A stretch of DNA of 64,000 bases from positions 40,176,001-40,240,000 of the forward strand of contig OX597821.1 in the NCBI GenBank assembly GCA_951406725.2, in the 5' to 3' direction. This DNA is from Octopus vulgaris. Lineage: Eukaryota. Both the position numbers and the translations under genes were made by a program. A model generated the notes under the pieces. That model was not told the origin of the DNA. It was given only the letters and a program-made list of their open reading frames with translations, and searched no databases. Below are positions 37,187-50,781 of this stretch, in pieces. The first letter of the stretch is position 1; every line of letters begins with the position of its first letter.

Positions 37187-37670
37187 GATGCAGGTGTGGC
37201 TGTGTGGTAAGAAGCTTACTTCCCAACTACATGATTCCAGGTTCAGTTCCACTGCTTGGCAAGTGTCTACTACTATAGCCTTGAGATGACCAACCAAATC
37301 GTTGTGAACAGTTGTGAACAGACTGAAACTTGAAGAAGCCTGTTGTGTGTGTGTGCATGTACATGAGTGTGTGTGTGTGTATGCACATGAGTGTGTGTAT
37401 GTGTGCATGCGTGTGTGTGTGCATGCGTGTGTGTGTGCATGCGTGTGTGTGTGCATGCATGTGTGTGTGCATGTGTGTGTGTGTATCTTTGTGTCTATGT
37501 TTGTCCCCCATCACTTTGATAGCTGGTGTTCAGGTGTTTGCACCCCCACAACTTAGCAGCTTGCCAAAGAGGCCAATATTATAAGTGCTGGGCTTTAATA
37601 TTCTTCAAGGCAGTGCCCCAGCATGACCGTAGTCTAATGAATGAAACATGTAAAAGATAAAAGATAAAAT
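37187..37670 (+). mobile_element. Abundant tRNA-derived SINE, diverged copy
   Basis: A/B boxes, internal TG microsatellite and 3' end as in 13395-13800. Confidence 0.8.
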
Positions 37671-38291
37671 ACGAAAGAGGAATGGTGGAGAAGATATACT
37701 TGTGTATTTGCCAGACAGGTGAAATTGATGAGGTTGCTTATTTAGATGGAATATCTAAAGAATGAGATCATTAAGTAAATGGATTAGAAGAGTGTGAGAT
37801 TCCCTCAGAACAACAGTTTTTGGTCCAGCTAAATAATATGATGTGTTTAGTCAATGTTTAAGAACAGACAACTTGTCACTTGATGGAATTTTTGATATTT
37901 GAAGTTTTAAGATTCTTGTCACATATTTTCTTCTTTATTCATATTGGCATTAACTGAGCTTTGATACTTTGCCTCTGTGTGTGTGTGTGTGTGTACCTTA
38001 CTATTTACTTGTTTCAGTTATTGGACGGTGGCCATGCTGGAGCACTGCCTTGAAATGTTTTTGAAGGGTTTTATAGCCATTTGGTCAGTCTGTTCTTGTA
38101 GTGGGTATTGTGACTCTCGCCACAGCAGGGGCCATAAACACACGAATGCCAGGTGATGGGGGGACAAACACAGATACAAAGATACACCAACACACATGCA
38201 TTCTTTTATTCTTTTATACTTTCACTTGTCTAAGTCAGTTGCCTGCGGCCATGCTGGAACACCACCTGTATATAAATATATATATATATGT

Positions 38292-38538
38292 ACAATTGCA
38301 GTGTTGAAGGTGTTTGTAAGCCATCCAAAAATGATGCAGTGCAAAATTTTGTCAGTGAACAGGTTGCGGTTTCAAAGTAACAAAAATATTTTGACACAAA
38401 TTAAATTTAAATACTGAAGTAACTCTAACGGTTTTTGCGTGTTTTTTAAATGGCTTATAAATACATTCCATGTTGCAATTGTTTTTCTTTCAGCACACGA
38501 TCTCAGATCAAGTCACTTGCTATGCAAGTACATCTCTG

Positions 38539-38540
<2 letters not shown>
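38292..38540. mobile_element. Fold-back pLTR-like insertion (family E, copy 2)
   Basis: acaattgcagtgttgaaggtgtttgtaagccat inverted at ~38450-38482; same extension as 36230-36285; between (TA)n tracts. Confidence 0.7.
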
Positions 38541-38592
<52 letters not shown>

Positions 38593-38684
38593 TTTGTTGC
38601 TGTTTCAGCTCAGAGCTGTGGCCATGCTGATGCACTGCCGTTATATATCTATATCTATCTATCTATCTATCTCTCTCTCTATAT

Positions 38685-39370
38685 ATATATATGATGGGCT
38701 TCTTTCAGTTTCTGTCTACCAAATCCAATCACAAGGTTTTGGTCAGCCTCAGTCTATTGTATAAGACATAGCAGGAGTGAACTCAGAACCATGGGATTGA
38801 AAAGCAAGCTTCTTGACACACAGCCACACCACTACACCAGTTTTGATCTTCTTAGCAATCCATTGTTAAAACTATTGAACTTGTGTCTTGGTGACAGAAA
38901 TATAAGAAAATAAAAGAAGCCCGTCGTATATATGTATATATATATGCGTGTGTGTGTTTGTGTGTTTGTGTTTGTTCCCCTAGCATTGCTTGACAAGCGA
39001 TGCTGGTGTGTTTATGTCCCCGTCACTTAGCGGTTCAGCAAAAGAGACCGATATAATAAGTACTGGGCTTACAAAAGAATAAGTCCCGGGGTCGAGTTGC
39101 TCGATTAAAGGCGGTGCTCCAGCATGGCAGCAGTCAAAATGACTGAAACAAGAAAAAAGAAAGAAAGAAAGAAAAAGAATATATGTATATATATATACAC
39201 ATATATGACAGGCTTCTTTCAGTTTCCGTCTACCAAAATCCACTCAGAAGGCTTTGGTCAGCCCGAGGTTATAGTAGAAGACACATGCCCAAGGTGCTAT
39301 GCAGTGGGACTGAACCTGGAACCCCATGGCTGGGAAGCAAGCTACATACAACACAGCCACTCCTGTGCCT
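38685..39370. mobile_element. Cluster of partial tRNA-SINE copies in both orientations
   Basis: 5' half (-) at 38690-38828, 3' half (+) at 38910-39155, 5' half (-) at 39205-39370. Confidence 0.8.
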
Positions 39371-39559
39371 ATTTGAAAATATATTCTAAGATTTTCTCAT
39401 TTTTTTATGGTTTAAAGTGTATTAGCAACCACATGTGGGACACATGGAAACATGTGCCTGTCTTCAAGACAGGGTTTTACAATAAGGGTTTGTTGTGATA
39501 TTAGTCCTCATTCGGCAAGAAAATTAAATTCAATTTCATCGAGAATTTTTTGGTCCACT

Positions 39560-39776
39560 ATCTTCCTCTTCCTTGGCCTCTTCTTCTTCTTCCTTTTCTT
39601 CTTCTTCCTTTTCGTTTTCTTCTTCCTCCTTCTTCTTCTCCTTCTCCTTCTTCTTTTTCTTCTTCTTCTACTGCTTCCTCCTCCTCCTCCTCCCCTCCTC
39701 CTCCTCCCGTCCTCCACCACCACCACCACCAAAACCACCACCACCACCACCACCACCACCGCCACCTCCTCCTCCT
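39560..39776. repeat. Compound (CTT)n-(CCT)n-(CAC)n microsatellite
   Basis: Directly visible. Confidence 0.9.
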
Positions 39777-39938
39777 TATAGCTTGTAATTCTATTTGTTC
39801 ACCTTGCTTTCCCGCAGATATGCACATATTTCCTGTAATATTAACATATACGCTGCATCTCAGCCTGTCCATATCATAAATATGAGCGATATGTTATATA
39901 TATTTGCATTCATACATAAATACACATACACCTACACA

Positions 39939-39970
<32 letters not shown>

Positions 39971-40654
39971 CACATGTACATACATAAATATCTATACACA
40001 CACGCACACTCACACACAGACACGCACACTCACACACAGACACGCACACTCACACACACATACATATACACTCACACTTGCACTGACACACACACACACA
40101 CACACGCATACATGTTGTTGTAGCAGGTTTGAATTTCTCAGCAACCCATCGCTAAAACTATTTAACCTCAGTATTATGATACAAATATGATTAAGAAGGT
40201 AAAGTGATGTCTCTGCATATGCAGTCACTTTGTCTCATTGAAAATATATTCTAATTCAATTGCTTTTCAAATTGGTGCATTGGAAAATTAGATTGTAAAT
40301 AATATAATGAAAATGACAATGTGTAGCCAGAAGGTGAAAACATTCTAATGTATGACCTCAAAATGGTAGAAGAAATATGATTTCAAAGCCATTTAGATGA
40401 AAAATAGCCAACAACAGAAGCAAACAGCAGTTAATAAATACATAAATAGATAAATAGATAAACTAGCATTTACAAAGATACAATACTTAACCATTGCTGC
40501 CATTCGTAAACTGTTGGCTTCTTCAGAAATTAAACAGCCACGCTATGGCTTTGACAATTATAGAATACCTACACACAGATGCATGCACACACAAGCATGC
40601 ACACACACATGCACGCACACACACACACGTATCATCTTCTTCATTATCATGGAC

Positions 40655-40875
40655 GAGACTTATTGAGTCAAGTACATCAACATCAAAAGATCAAATGGAA
40701 ATTGTAGTTCTGATACCTGTCCCGGTGGCATGTAAAAAGCACCACATGTACGTGGCCGATGCCAGCGCCACCCTGACTAGCTTCCATGCCGGTGACATGT
40801 AAAAAGCACCAACCGATCGTGGCCGTTGCCAGCCTCCCCTGGCACCTTTGCTGGGGGCATGTAAAAAGCACCACA
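40655..40875 (+). mobile_element. RTE 3'UTR internal fragment
   Basis: Reverse complement of the 14930-15135 type. Confidence 0.8.
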
Positions 40876-41104
40876 CTGGAAGAATGGAGGAGATAAAAAT
40901 GGATGTATCATTAAAGGACATACCAGGCTTTCCCTGTCACCTTACCCATAATTTATCTATCACGGTACTATTAATTTGGATAGCTGCTCCCTCCATAGGG
41001 TCGACATTCAGCAGATCTCTTTCTCCCATTCATTCACTTCATTTAGCAACTTTTCATAGTGGTGTCTCTAAGTCTCTCTCTTTGCAGTCTCATTAAATGG
41101 AAGA

Positions 41105-41525
41105 AAACCATCATCCATGTGGATACATTTCTCTCCTATGACATCACACACTGTCTTGCAATCTGAAACACTTCAGATCTTTGGTCCTCACAACACAGAA
41201 CATTGGCAAATTTTTTCTTATCTGCTTCCTCTCTGGCTAAGTAAACCTATCTCCTAGCTCCCATTCTGGCAGTCTGATACAATTCCCTGCTACCACTGTT
41301 CTTTCAGTCCTTCCAAGCCTGTTTCTTTTCCCTAATGGCCCTGTCAACTATATTGTTCCACCACCATGTTGCCTTTTGCCAAGGGAGGACTTTGCACCAT
41401 CCACAGATCTGGTCTGTAGCCCTCAACAGGTTGTACCGTAGGAACCTCTAGTTGTCTTCCACATCATGTGATGCTATATCCTCTTCCTCTTTTACGTCAA
41501 AATCTTCAAGTAATATGTCTCTAAA
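41105..41525 (-). mobile_element. RTE LINE ORF fragment (between endonuclease and RT)
   Basis: Minus strand NLLRATDQICGWCK..KATWWWNNIVDRAIREKKQAWK..ELYQTAR..VYLAREEADKKKF..VFQIARQ, with the typical RTE WWWN linker. Confidence 0.8.
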
Positions 41526-41580
41526 TATATATGCATGCATATTTTATATATTTATGTGTGTGTTTATATAGATATATATT

Positions 41581-41611
<31 letters not shown>

Positions 41612-42074
41612 ATACAGACATGTACACACACACACACACACACGTATACACATACACACACATATACACATGTATATATGTATATATTTGTGAATGTTTG
41701 TACATTTTGACAAATTATATTTTCAGTAATGTTCATATGTAGACACTTGTGAAAGCTGTAAAAGCAGTTCTCTATCAAGAAAGTCCCTTGAGATATTAGT
41801 TCTGCATCGAGTTAGACTCTCTCATGTCACCATCAGAATTGAAGTAAACCAAATAATCGGTCCATTAGGAACCCATAGCCAACATTATTATTGTTTACAA
41901 ATGAGAACATACATAAAATAAACTTTCAGCTCCATACCTCTACTCTCTCCAATATTGAGAATCACTTTTAAAAAAATGTGTCGACAAAATTGTGAGCAAT
42001 ACAGCAGTAACAGCAGCAACAACAACAACAACAAACAACAACAACAGCAGCAACAGTAGCATGTATACAATTTG

Positions 42075-42200
42075 TCATTTCCAAACTGGGGTGCTACAAG
42101 GTTTTGTACTTTTATTACACATGACCTCTCCACATGAATCATATTGTTGGCATTATATGTTGATGACATCACTGCTACATCTACAAACATGACTATCAAT
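42075..42200 (+). mobile_element. Highly decayed non-LTR RT fragment (I/Jockey-like)
   Basis: TGVLQGFVL..THDL..ALYVDDITATS resembles GVPQGSVL..YTHDL..YADDI. Confidence 0.5.
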
Positions 42201-42716
42201 CACCTGAAAACAGGAGGCCGTATCAGATCCCATGTCCGACATTGGGCAACAAACTAAACTGGTGCTCTGTCGGTTATGATGATAAGAATTCCTCTTTATC
42301 CAATAAACAGAAAAGCCTGTATGTGAAATTAATGTGCAAGTGGATGAGCACGCCACAGACATGTACCCTTAACATAGTTCTCAGGAAGATTCAATGCAAC
42401 ACAATGTGTGTGAGACAAGGCTGGCCCTTTGAAACACAGGTACAATTTACTTTTGCCAGACTGGAGCAATTGGAAATATATGTTTGCCTGAGATTTTTGT
42501 GTTTCTGAATAGCTACCCTGTGTCTTGCACACTGCAATCCCTTTAGTTTCAACTCACAATCTCTGGTCAAAACAATTGCTATACAAGTACATCTCTGGAG
42601 ATACTGGGAAATCAAAACCAATAAAATACCTCAGGGAGACAACAACAAGGGTGGTGTGCAAAACCAGTGACATAGCACTAGAAGGGGAGCAGTGTTGGCT
42701 ACCCTGGATGGAAAAA

Positions 42717-42835
42717 AAAAGTGGAAAAGAAAAAAATATAGTAATGAAAAGTGGAAAAGAAAAAAAATATAATAATGAAAAGTGGAAAAGAAAAAATGTA
42801 ATAATGAAAAGTGGAAAAGAAAATAATATAATAAT
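42717..42835. repeat. ~30 bp minisatellite x4
   Basis: aaaagtggaaaagaaaaaaatata(g/a)taatg units. Confidence 0.9.
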
Positions 42836-44462
42836 TATAAATAAATGTTAGTCTGCCCTTTCTACAATATTTGCCAAGAGCACTTTGAATCCCATGCTGT
42901 TCCACTGGTACAAACACTTCCTTAGATTCACCATGGATTTTACCATTGTCATTCAAATCCTTAATCTCTCTGAAACAATCTAAAAGAAGCTACTCAGAAA
43001 ACAAAACAGTGCACCTCACATCCCTGTCATTTGCGAACATACCATATGCACAAGGGTTTCAAAAATACTAAAAATGGAAGCTCAGTCACCTGGGCTTAGA
43101 ACTAGTCCTGACCCTCACCATTTGTATCACTGTGTACAATCATCTCCAGTCACAGTAACACATCAAAAGCAGCCTAAAAGGCTACGTTAAGTCCAACTCC
43201 AAAACATTGTCCTGTGCCTATTCAGTCCAGATAAACATAAAAATATTTTTTCTTTTCAAAATAGCAGTAGTATCAATAGTTTCATAATTATCAAATATTG
43301 TGCTGGAGTGCTTTCTATTAATTATGTTTTCTGATTTAGGCACAAGGCCAAAGATTTTAGAAGAACAAACCCAGTATTTTACTGGTATTTTGTTTAAGTG
43401 ACACCAAAAGGATCAAAGACAAAGTCGACCTCAACAGGTTTTTCAATTCAACTCTCAACCATTATAATAAAATATAGAGAAAGAACATGGGTTGCAGTTT
43501 TCCTGAATCCACTTTATTCCTTGCTGGTGGTGCCATTCTTCTATTAGTGCCACCATCCCACAAGTGGCAACTGTGGAAAGGTGGAATCACTAAAATAGTC
43601 AGAAGTAAACTAGACAGTAAAAAATGTCATGTCATGTCCAGACCATTAATTGCATTCCGGTACCATTAACCTCCTTAACCCTAGTTCTCAAAGTCTGCAG
43701 TATGGGGCTGAGCATGTTTTATTTTTATTTTTTTTTAATCATGGTTAAACACTGGGCATTCCTTACCCTTGATCTTCCCCAAGACCTCCAAGACTGAGAG
43801 ATAGAATGGAAGGAAGTTATATTTAGACTTGAGGCTTGTTTACAAAAGAGGGAACTCCACAAAAGATCTACAATTGTCCCTTGGTGATGTCAACCTGAAT
43901 GATTGCAACAAAGGATTTGCATTGAGCATTAGTCATTTGATTGATAACTTATGCTCTGTGGGTCTGTTTGATCTGGTCTAACCTGAGCTTATGCTTGTAC
44001 AAGAAGAACAAAAATTAAATAAAAACCTACAAACCAAATAAGTCAATTTAAAATGAAAGGCATAAGATTAGTTGAAAATCAAAAGCTTTGGACATGAGCA
44101 ACTATTACTTGCTTGTTTGATTATTCTGTTTATGAGAAATAACATGTGAGGATTTGTTTGGAACATCCTCTGGGTTATCAAGCATGAGTTACCAACAGCG
44201 ACACACAATTAATCCTGCCTATCAAAAAGCTCTTTTCATAAATCTCTTCCTGATCATCAATTTTTTCCTGTTCATTTATTCCATGAGACGGTCATTAAAC
44301 AGTCTGTAACTTGTAACTTGTTACATCACATCCTTTTAATCAACCCAACTAACACAATGAGGAAGCTTATAAGGAATTGATTGACATACTAGAAATAGCT
44401 ACTTTAATCTCACTCAGATCACACTGTCATTAAAAAGCAAAAGAACACGTTAGATAGTCCTT

Positions 44463-44575
44463 GGTATGTTGCCTAGTGGTTAAAGTGTTGCACATATGAT
44501 CACCAGATCATGGGTTCAATTCTCGGATTGGGCAGTACATTGTGTTCCTGAGCAAAAAAATTCATTTCATGCTGT
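44463..44575 (+). mobile_element. 5' part of a tRNA-derived SINE related to 12426-12730
   Basis: ttgcctagtggtt A-box, gggttcaattc B-box, tgtgttcctgagcaa core. Confidence 0.6.
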
Positions 44576-46960
44576 GTGGGGACCAGAATGTCAAAGAATA
44601 GACCAAACGTTTCCTTTACATGTCATAAAAGGGGACTAAAAGTGATTGAGGTAGGATTTGCACCGCAACCTCATAAACCCTCACCAGAAGTAACTACCCA
44701 AACAGACCCATGGGTTGGAGGGTTTTTGCTTGAGTGGAGCAAATGTGTCATCTATAAGGGTTAGTAGGGAATCGACAACAAATGTTGGATGCAGTGATGC
44801 TGCACTGTCACAACTATTACAACAGGATGAGCTTCATTGGGTTACCTCTGATTGCACTTTTGCTCACTCTCGTTAACACCGAACAAAACAACATCAATCG
44901 TTTAGCATATGGTTATGTATTTCTAGGAGATTTGACTGACTGAATCAATTCTAGTACATTCCATTCCTGATAATTATTGTATTGATCATCAAGGCATGAA
45001 ATGGTCAGTTCAAGAAGAGTTTGAACTCAGAAACCAGAGCAACTAAACTCTATAAAGAAACAAGTCTATAACTGAACCAGTCATGTTACAGCATTATCTT
45101 TAAGAGAAATAAATCCTCTACTTTTAAAGAGTGACCTAAGGTCATATTTTTGTGGTCAGTTGGACTGACCGCACAACATACTTGGTAGCTGTCTTATTGA
45201 CCTCAAGAGAAGAGAAAGGCAAGGTTGATTCTGGATAAATTTGAATATAGATCTATGAAGAAACTTCTGTTTAGGCAGTGCCCCAGCATGGCCACAGTCT
45301 TATGACTGAAACAAGTAAAAGAATAAAAGAATAGAGGTGCAAGTATGGTGGTGTGGTTAAGAAGTTTACTTTCCAACTATGTGATATCAGGTTCAATCCC
45401 ACTGCATAGCACCTTGGACAATTGCTACCTGCTAAAACCTTGGGGTCAAGCAAAGCCTTGTCAGTGGACTTGATTCACAGAATTGGAAAGAAGTCCTTTG
45501 AATGTATGTGTACATGAGTGTGAATGAGCATGGTCTCCTTCTTTTGGTATCATGTGATAGTTATAAACTGACTAATAGCATTTCTTAATGTGACCCCTTT
45601 TGATGCTAACCCTTTTCCTAATGTTAAACCTGGTCCTATATTAAAAAAAAATTCCTCTTTTCAATTATCTATGATTTTTCCATCAAAATTTACATTAATT
45701 TTCTGTTCCATCTTAAGCACAATGTTATACTACTAAATTATTATTTTTTCAAATACATTTGCAACAAAATTTAATGTATATGAACCGAGATTTCATTACA
45801 AGAGGGTTAATTTGAATATAGACATTCGTTTCGATCATGTCATTGACTAAAGTTATGACAGATAATAAATATATTCCTTTGATGTTGTTGTGTGACTGAT
45901 ATTAATAACATTTTTATTATCGTTAGAATATTTTTTTTTCCTAACATCAACATTTTTTTTCCATTGAAGCATGTTTCACATTCAGCAAATGTTGTTTCAG
46001 AGAGTGTTGTTGTTGTTGCTGTTGGTATTGTTAGTGATACTAATTCACTATATCCTAAATCTTATATCCTGTATGATTGCAAACAGAATCCAAATTCTTC
46101 ATTTTTTATACACACAAAACACAATTCCAAGAGAAAGATCAGTTTAATTATTTCTGGCTCAGGGTTTTTCTTCAAGTCATTCAATTTCCAAAATGTGGTT
46201 TGTAAATTTATTCTAAAAATAATGTCATTTATTGAGTCATTGCTATATTGCTTGCTTTCCTGAATTTTCACTTTATCAGCTGTTATTAATCTTGCAGTGG
46301 CTTTAACTAGCTTCTCTGTTTAATTTCTTTTTTCATTTTTTTTTTATTCTAAAGGTATATGGTATCTTCGATATTTGCCAGGAAAAACATGTCCTTGAGG
46401 TTCAAAGCAGCTTCAAGAACTCTTGTGGACCAGAATGGAGATGTATTTTTCTTCTTCTTCTTCTTCTATTATTATTTTGGCTTCAAATTCCATGAATGCC
46501 ATGGTTTCTCTTTGGTTATTCAGATTGAGCAAATTTCCTAAAAATCTTTATTGTTAGTTTGTTGTGTTTTAATTGTACAAATGGAGAGGCCATGTACATG
46601 CCTTGCTACCGTCTTGGCTAATGTCGTTGTTGTCATCGTCGTCATCATCATTGTCCTCCCTCTCCTCCCCCTCCCCCTCTTCTTCATCATGATTTAATGT
46701 GCATTTTCCCTGCTGGCATGAGTTAGACGGTTTGACAGGAGCTGGAAAGATGGAGAACTGTATCAGGTCCCAATCGTTTGTTTTGGTGCAGTTTCTATGG
46801 TTCAATGCCCTTCATAAAGTCAACCACTTTACAGAGTGTACTAGGTGCTTTTTACCTAGCACCAACACTAGTGCATTATACATGGTACCAACACAGATGC
46901 TTTTTATGTGGCACCAGCCCTGTATATCAGTTGTAGAAAAACAGAATTACTTAGTGTCTT

Positions 46961-47214
46961 TATTTACATTATTTACATTATTTACATTTGACGGATATTT
47001 GTCCTCATCTTGTTTGTTGACTTTAGTTGGAATCCACTTTGGTTTTTTTTTAAGTTGCACCAATCATTCTATAGATCTCAAATTATAAAGCAGTAGGAAT
47101 TGGTAACTGATTCTGTGTTTGTTAACAACAAACAAGATGAGGGCAAATATCCATCAAATATAAATAATGTAAATAATGTACACAATTCCTCATCTCTTAA
47201 ATGTAGAACTGAAT
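46961..47214. mobile_element. Short fold-back copy of family C with captured inverted flank and 10 bp TSD
   Basis: 46961-47020 inverted at ~47125-47180; ttagtgtctt at 46951-46960 and 47215-47224; centre 47018-47118 is the reverse complement of 47361-47458. Confidence 0.8.
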
Positions 47215-49515
47215 TTAGTGTCTTATCAAGGCCTGTCTCTCACAATGGCTGCACTCAAAACAAACATGATGACATCCATAGCCATAACAAGTCGAGCAGA
47301 AATGTATCTAATGGTAAATCTCTCCCTTGTTGGATAAAAGTCTATCATAAGGAATTACCTCACAGAATCAGTTACCAATTCCTACTGCTTTATAATTTGA
47401 GATATATAGAATGATTGGTACAACTTAAAAAACCAAAGTAGATTCCAACTAAAGTCAATTGACAGACTGTTACCCTTTTTTTCCTTCAGTCATTTTCACA
47501 CTTTCCAAGAGGACTATTTGGAGTGAGAGTGCAAGAATTTGATGAACTGTTTAGCATTTAAACCAGCCATATCCAACGTAAATATTCTACCTGTTCTATG
47601 TTCAAACTGGTCAGATTTAGCCCTTCACACCTACTCTAAAGTGCCAGTCTAAAAATAAACGATCACAGCATCAAAACCTTGAAGCAACAAGATAATGCAG
47701 AATTAACTCAAGACGATATGAAAAAACAGGAATTGCATTTGAGGGCTTTCTCTGAGAGATTCAACTACTAAAGATTCTGTTCTGAAAGGCTGGCAGGTTT
47801 TTAAACAAAAATTCCAGTGTGTTGAGTCGTCAATGGTTCTGAAGTACAAAGAAGAAAAAATTTGTGACAAAATATATACACAACACTATGATTAACCAAA
47901 AGTGCTTTGGAGAAGTAATCTGTATACTAAATACACTTTTGATAGAGCTTCACATATGTCGTATAGTGAGATGATAAACTTACTGTTATCTAGACTATTA
48001 TTTGGCAAAACTCTCTATAGGGATGTTTAACATATAAAAAAGCAACAAACAGGGTATAACACGAATGACCTCAGCTAAATGAAATTTTTGAAAATAAGAA
48101 CAATGCAGATGTGAGCAGATCTTATCTTCATTAAGCAAAGAGTGAAAACACGTTTTTGATCTAAATGGATCTCATCAGTAAAACACATCTCAGTAGGTAA
48201 CACTTGGAATTGATCAATACACTCACTCACAGAGACAGAGAGAGAGAGAGAGAGAGAGAGGGAAGAGAGAGAGGGGAGAGAGAGGGGGAGAGATGGACTG
48301 AGAGAGAGAGAGATGTTGAGTGTGAATATCAACAACAACAGGGTAGAAGATTGTTCTGTGTACTAAATATCTTACATATAATTGGGTCTCACCTTTGTAA
48401 GGTAGTTAAATAAATGAAATGAGATTATCTACACAATGTGTTACAAAAATCTCCCAGTGGAGTGTTTAAAAAATCTAAAAATAACAAGCAAGAGTGATAA
48501 CTACAAATAAGCAATTCAATTTGTCAAGGAAGATGTTCGTTTTTTTTTGGCGGTAATGTCTTTTGTCTTTTGTAAAGAAAAAATATTATAAGGTGATGTT
48601 AGCTGATGATTAATGTTCTTTTACCAGTCAAATCTGAATTCATTCCTTCGTGGATGAATATCAATATTTACAGGGTTGATCATGTGCAGCCCTTATCAAC
48701 CATGGAGAAAAGCAAAACTATTTTGATATTGAGAGTGACAAAGGAGTGTAGTGTCTAACTCAATGCAAGACTGGGCTGTAAAGAATCAGCTTTTTTCCCA
48801 TTTTCTCAGCAATGCTTATAAGATACACACACTCACACACACACACACACACATACACACACACACATACACACACACACACACATACACACATACACAC
48901 ACACACGTTTACTTGGTCAAATCAAGTCTATGGTTGAAGATACTTTCCCAAGATGAGATTGAACCTGCAACCACATGGTTGTGAAGTAAATTTCTTGACT
49001 TGACCACATGTCCTTATTTATTTCCTATTTAACAGTATGTCAGTCCATTAAATCAACAATGTCTAGCAGCAGAGTCATACAGAGCTGTTGAGTAACAGAA
49101 AGCAGAGAGTGTGAAGTTATTTCATTCATCCTCATCATCTTCTTCATCATTTTTACATCCAGTTTCCATGCTGGCATGGGTTAGGTTTGACAGGAAATGA
49201 TGAACCCAACCCAAGGACCACATCATACTCCAGTGTCTGATTTAGCGTGGTTTGTATGGCTGGATATCCTTCTTAATATCAACCACCTTAGAGCCTGTCC
49301 TGGGTTGTTTTATCATTCAATCACCACTAGTGAGGTCGCCATGCAGCTTGTAAGGCTACAAACCCCTCAGAGGGTAACTTTATGATAGGAAATGAAGTGT
49401 AAGCAGGAATATAGTATTCCTTAATTAAATTAAATTTATTTTGCTTATGTAACCAAATCCTGTGGAAAAGGCATGAATGAGGTTTTCACATTTTGTTTTA
49501 TCTGAAATATGAAAC

Positions 49516-49930
49516 AAGGAGTGGCTGTGTGGTAAGTAGCTTGCTTACCAACCACATGGTTCCGGGTTCAGTCCCACTGCATGGCACTGTGGGCAGGTGT
49601 CTTCTACTATATAGCCTCGGGCTGGCCAAAGCCTTGTGAGTGGATTTGGTAGGCGAAAACTGAAAGAAGCCCATCGTATATATGTATATGTATATATATA
49701 TATGTGTATGTGTGTGTTTGTGTGTCTGTGTTTGTCCCCACAACATCACTTGACAACCGATGCTGGTGTGTTTACGTCCCCGTAACTTAGCGGTTCAGCA
49801 AATGAGACCAAAAGAATAAGTACTAGGCTTATAAAGGATAAGTCCTGGGGTTGATTTGCTCAGCTAAAGGCGGTGCTCCAGCATGGCCGCAGTCATATGA
49901 CCGAAACAAATAAAAGACTAAAGAGTAAAG
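49516..49930 (+). mobile_element. Full-length abundant tRNA-derived SINE
   Basis: As 13395-13800. Confidence 0.9.
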
Positions 49931-50551
49931 AGTAATTAAAAAGGTAAACAAGAATAGTAGGCCATGCGTGAAAATGAAGGAGATGAAACTGCAACTAAGA
50001 TGTTGGGTAAATTAATATTAAAGTTAAATGGTTGGCCACCAAATTCTTTTAGTGTGAGAATGTTGACAATTTAGATATAATTATAAATTATATGTTTTTA
50101 ATTTTAGTCATAGTTAATGGCATTAGTTTATTTAATTACAGTTATTAACGGCAAACCCTTGCTAGGAAAATAAATATTCATTTAGCTATGGACATCTTGT
50201 GACTACACCAACTCTGCATGGGGAGTTGGTTTGGTGAAATGAAATGAAAGAAACTGATAAAGTAATGTTAATAATTATTTCTCGGCTAACATTGAAAATT
50301 ACTTTGAAATGTTGTCCATAAAGTGGTTTAAACGAACAATAATGCCAATAACAAAAGAACCTGAGAGGAATTCACAAATTAACTCATTACAAACCGTGAA
50401 ATACTTTCAAATGGATGCATGTTTTTTCTGCTTAAAACATTTTATATTCTTTGTTTATACTTAAGATATTTAATATGAACAAGAATTATATAATGGAAAA
50501 TATTCTTCTTTGTGTTCCTTCCATTTTGGCATACATTTCTTCATTACATTA

Positions 50552-50781
50552 TTCATCATCATCATCATTTAGCGTCCGCTTTCCATGCTGGCATGGGTTG
50601 GACGGTGCAACTGGGGTTTGGGAAACCAGAAGGCTGCACCAGGCCCAGTCTGATCTGGCAATGTTTCTACGGCTGGATGCCCTTCCTAACGCCAACCACT
50701 CCATGAGTGTAGTGGGTGCTTTTTACGTGCCAGATGGGGCTGGCAAACGGCCACGAGCGGATGGTTCTCTTATGTGCCACT
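50552..50781 (-). mobile_element. RTE LINE 3'UTR fragment
   Basis: (cat)n tail and 3'UTR signature. Confidence 0.85.

Noticed and set aside
42717-42835. Regularly spaced ~30 bp repeats as a possible CRISPR-like array
   Set aside because: Head-to-tail minisatellite with no unique spacers, in eukaryotic DNA
44575-44650. catgtcataaaaggggactaaaag, reminiscent of a structured motif in invertebrate retroelements
   Set aside because: Degenerate; could not fit a complete ribozyme fold or name the family reliably
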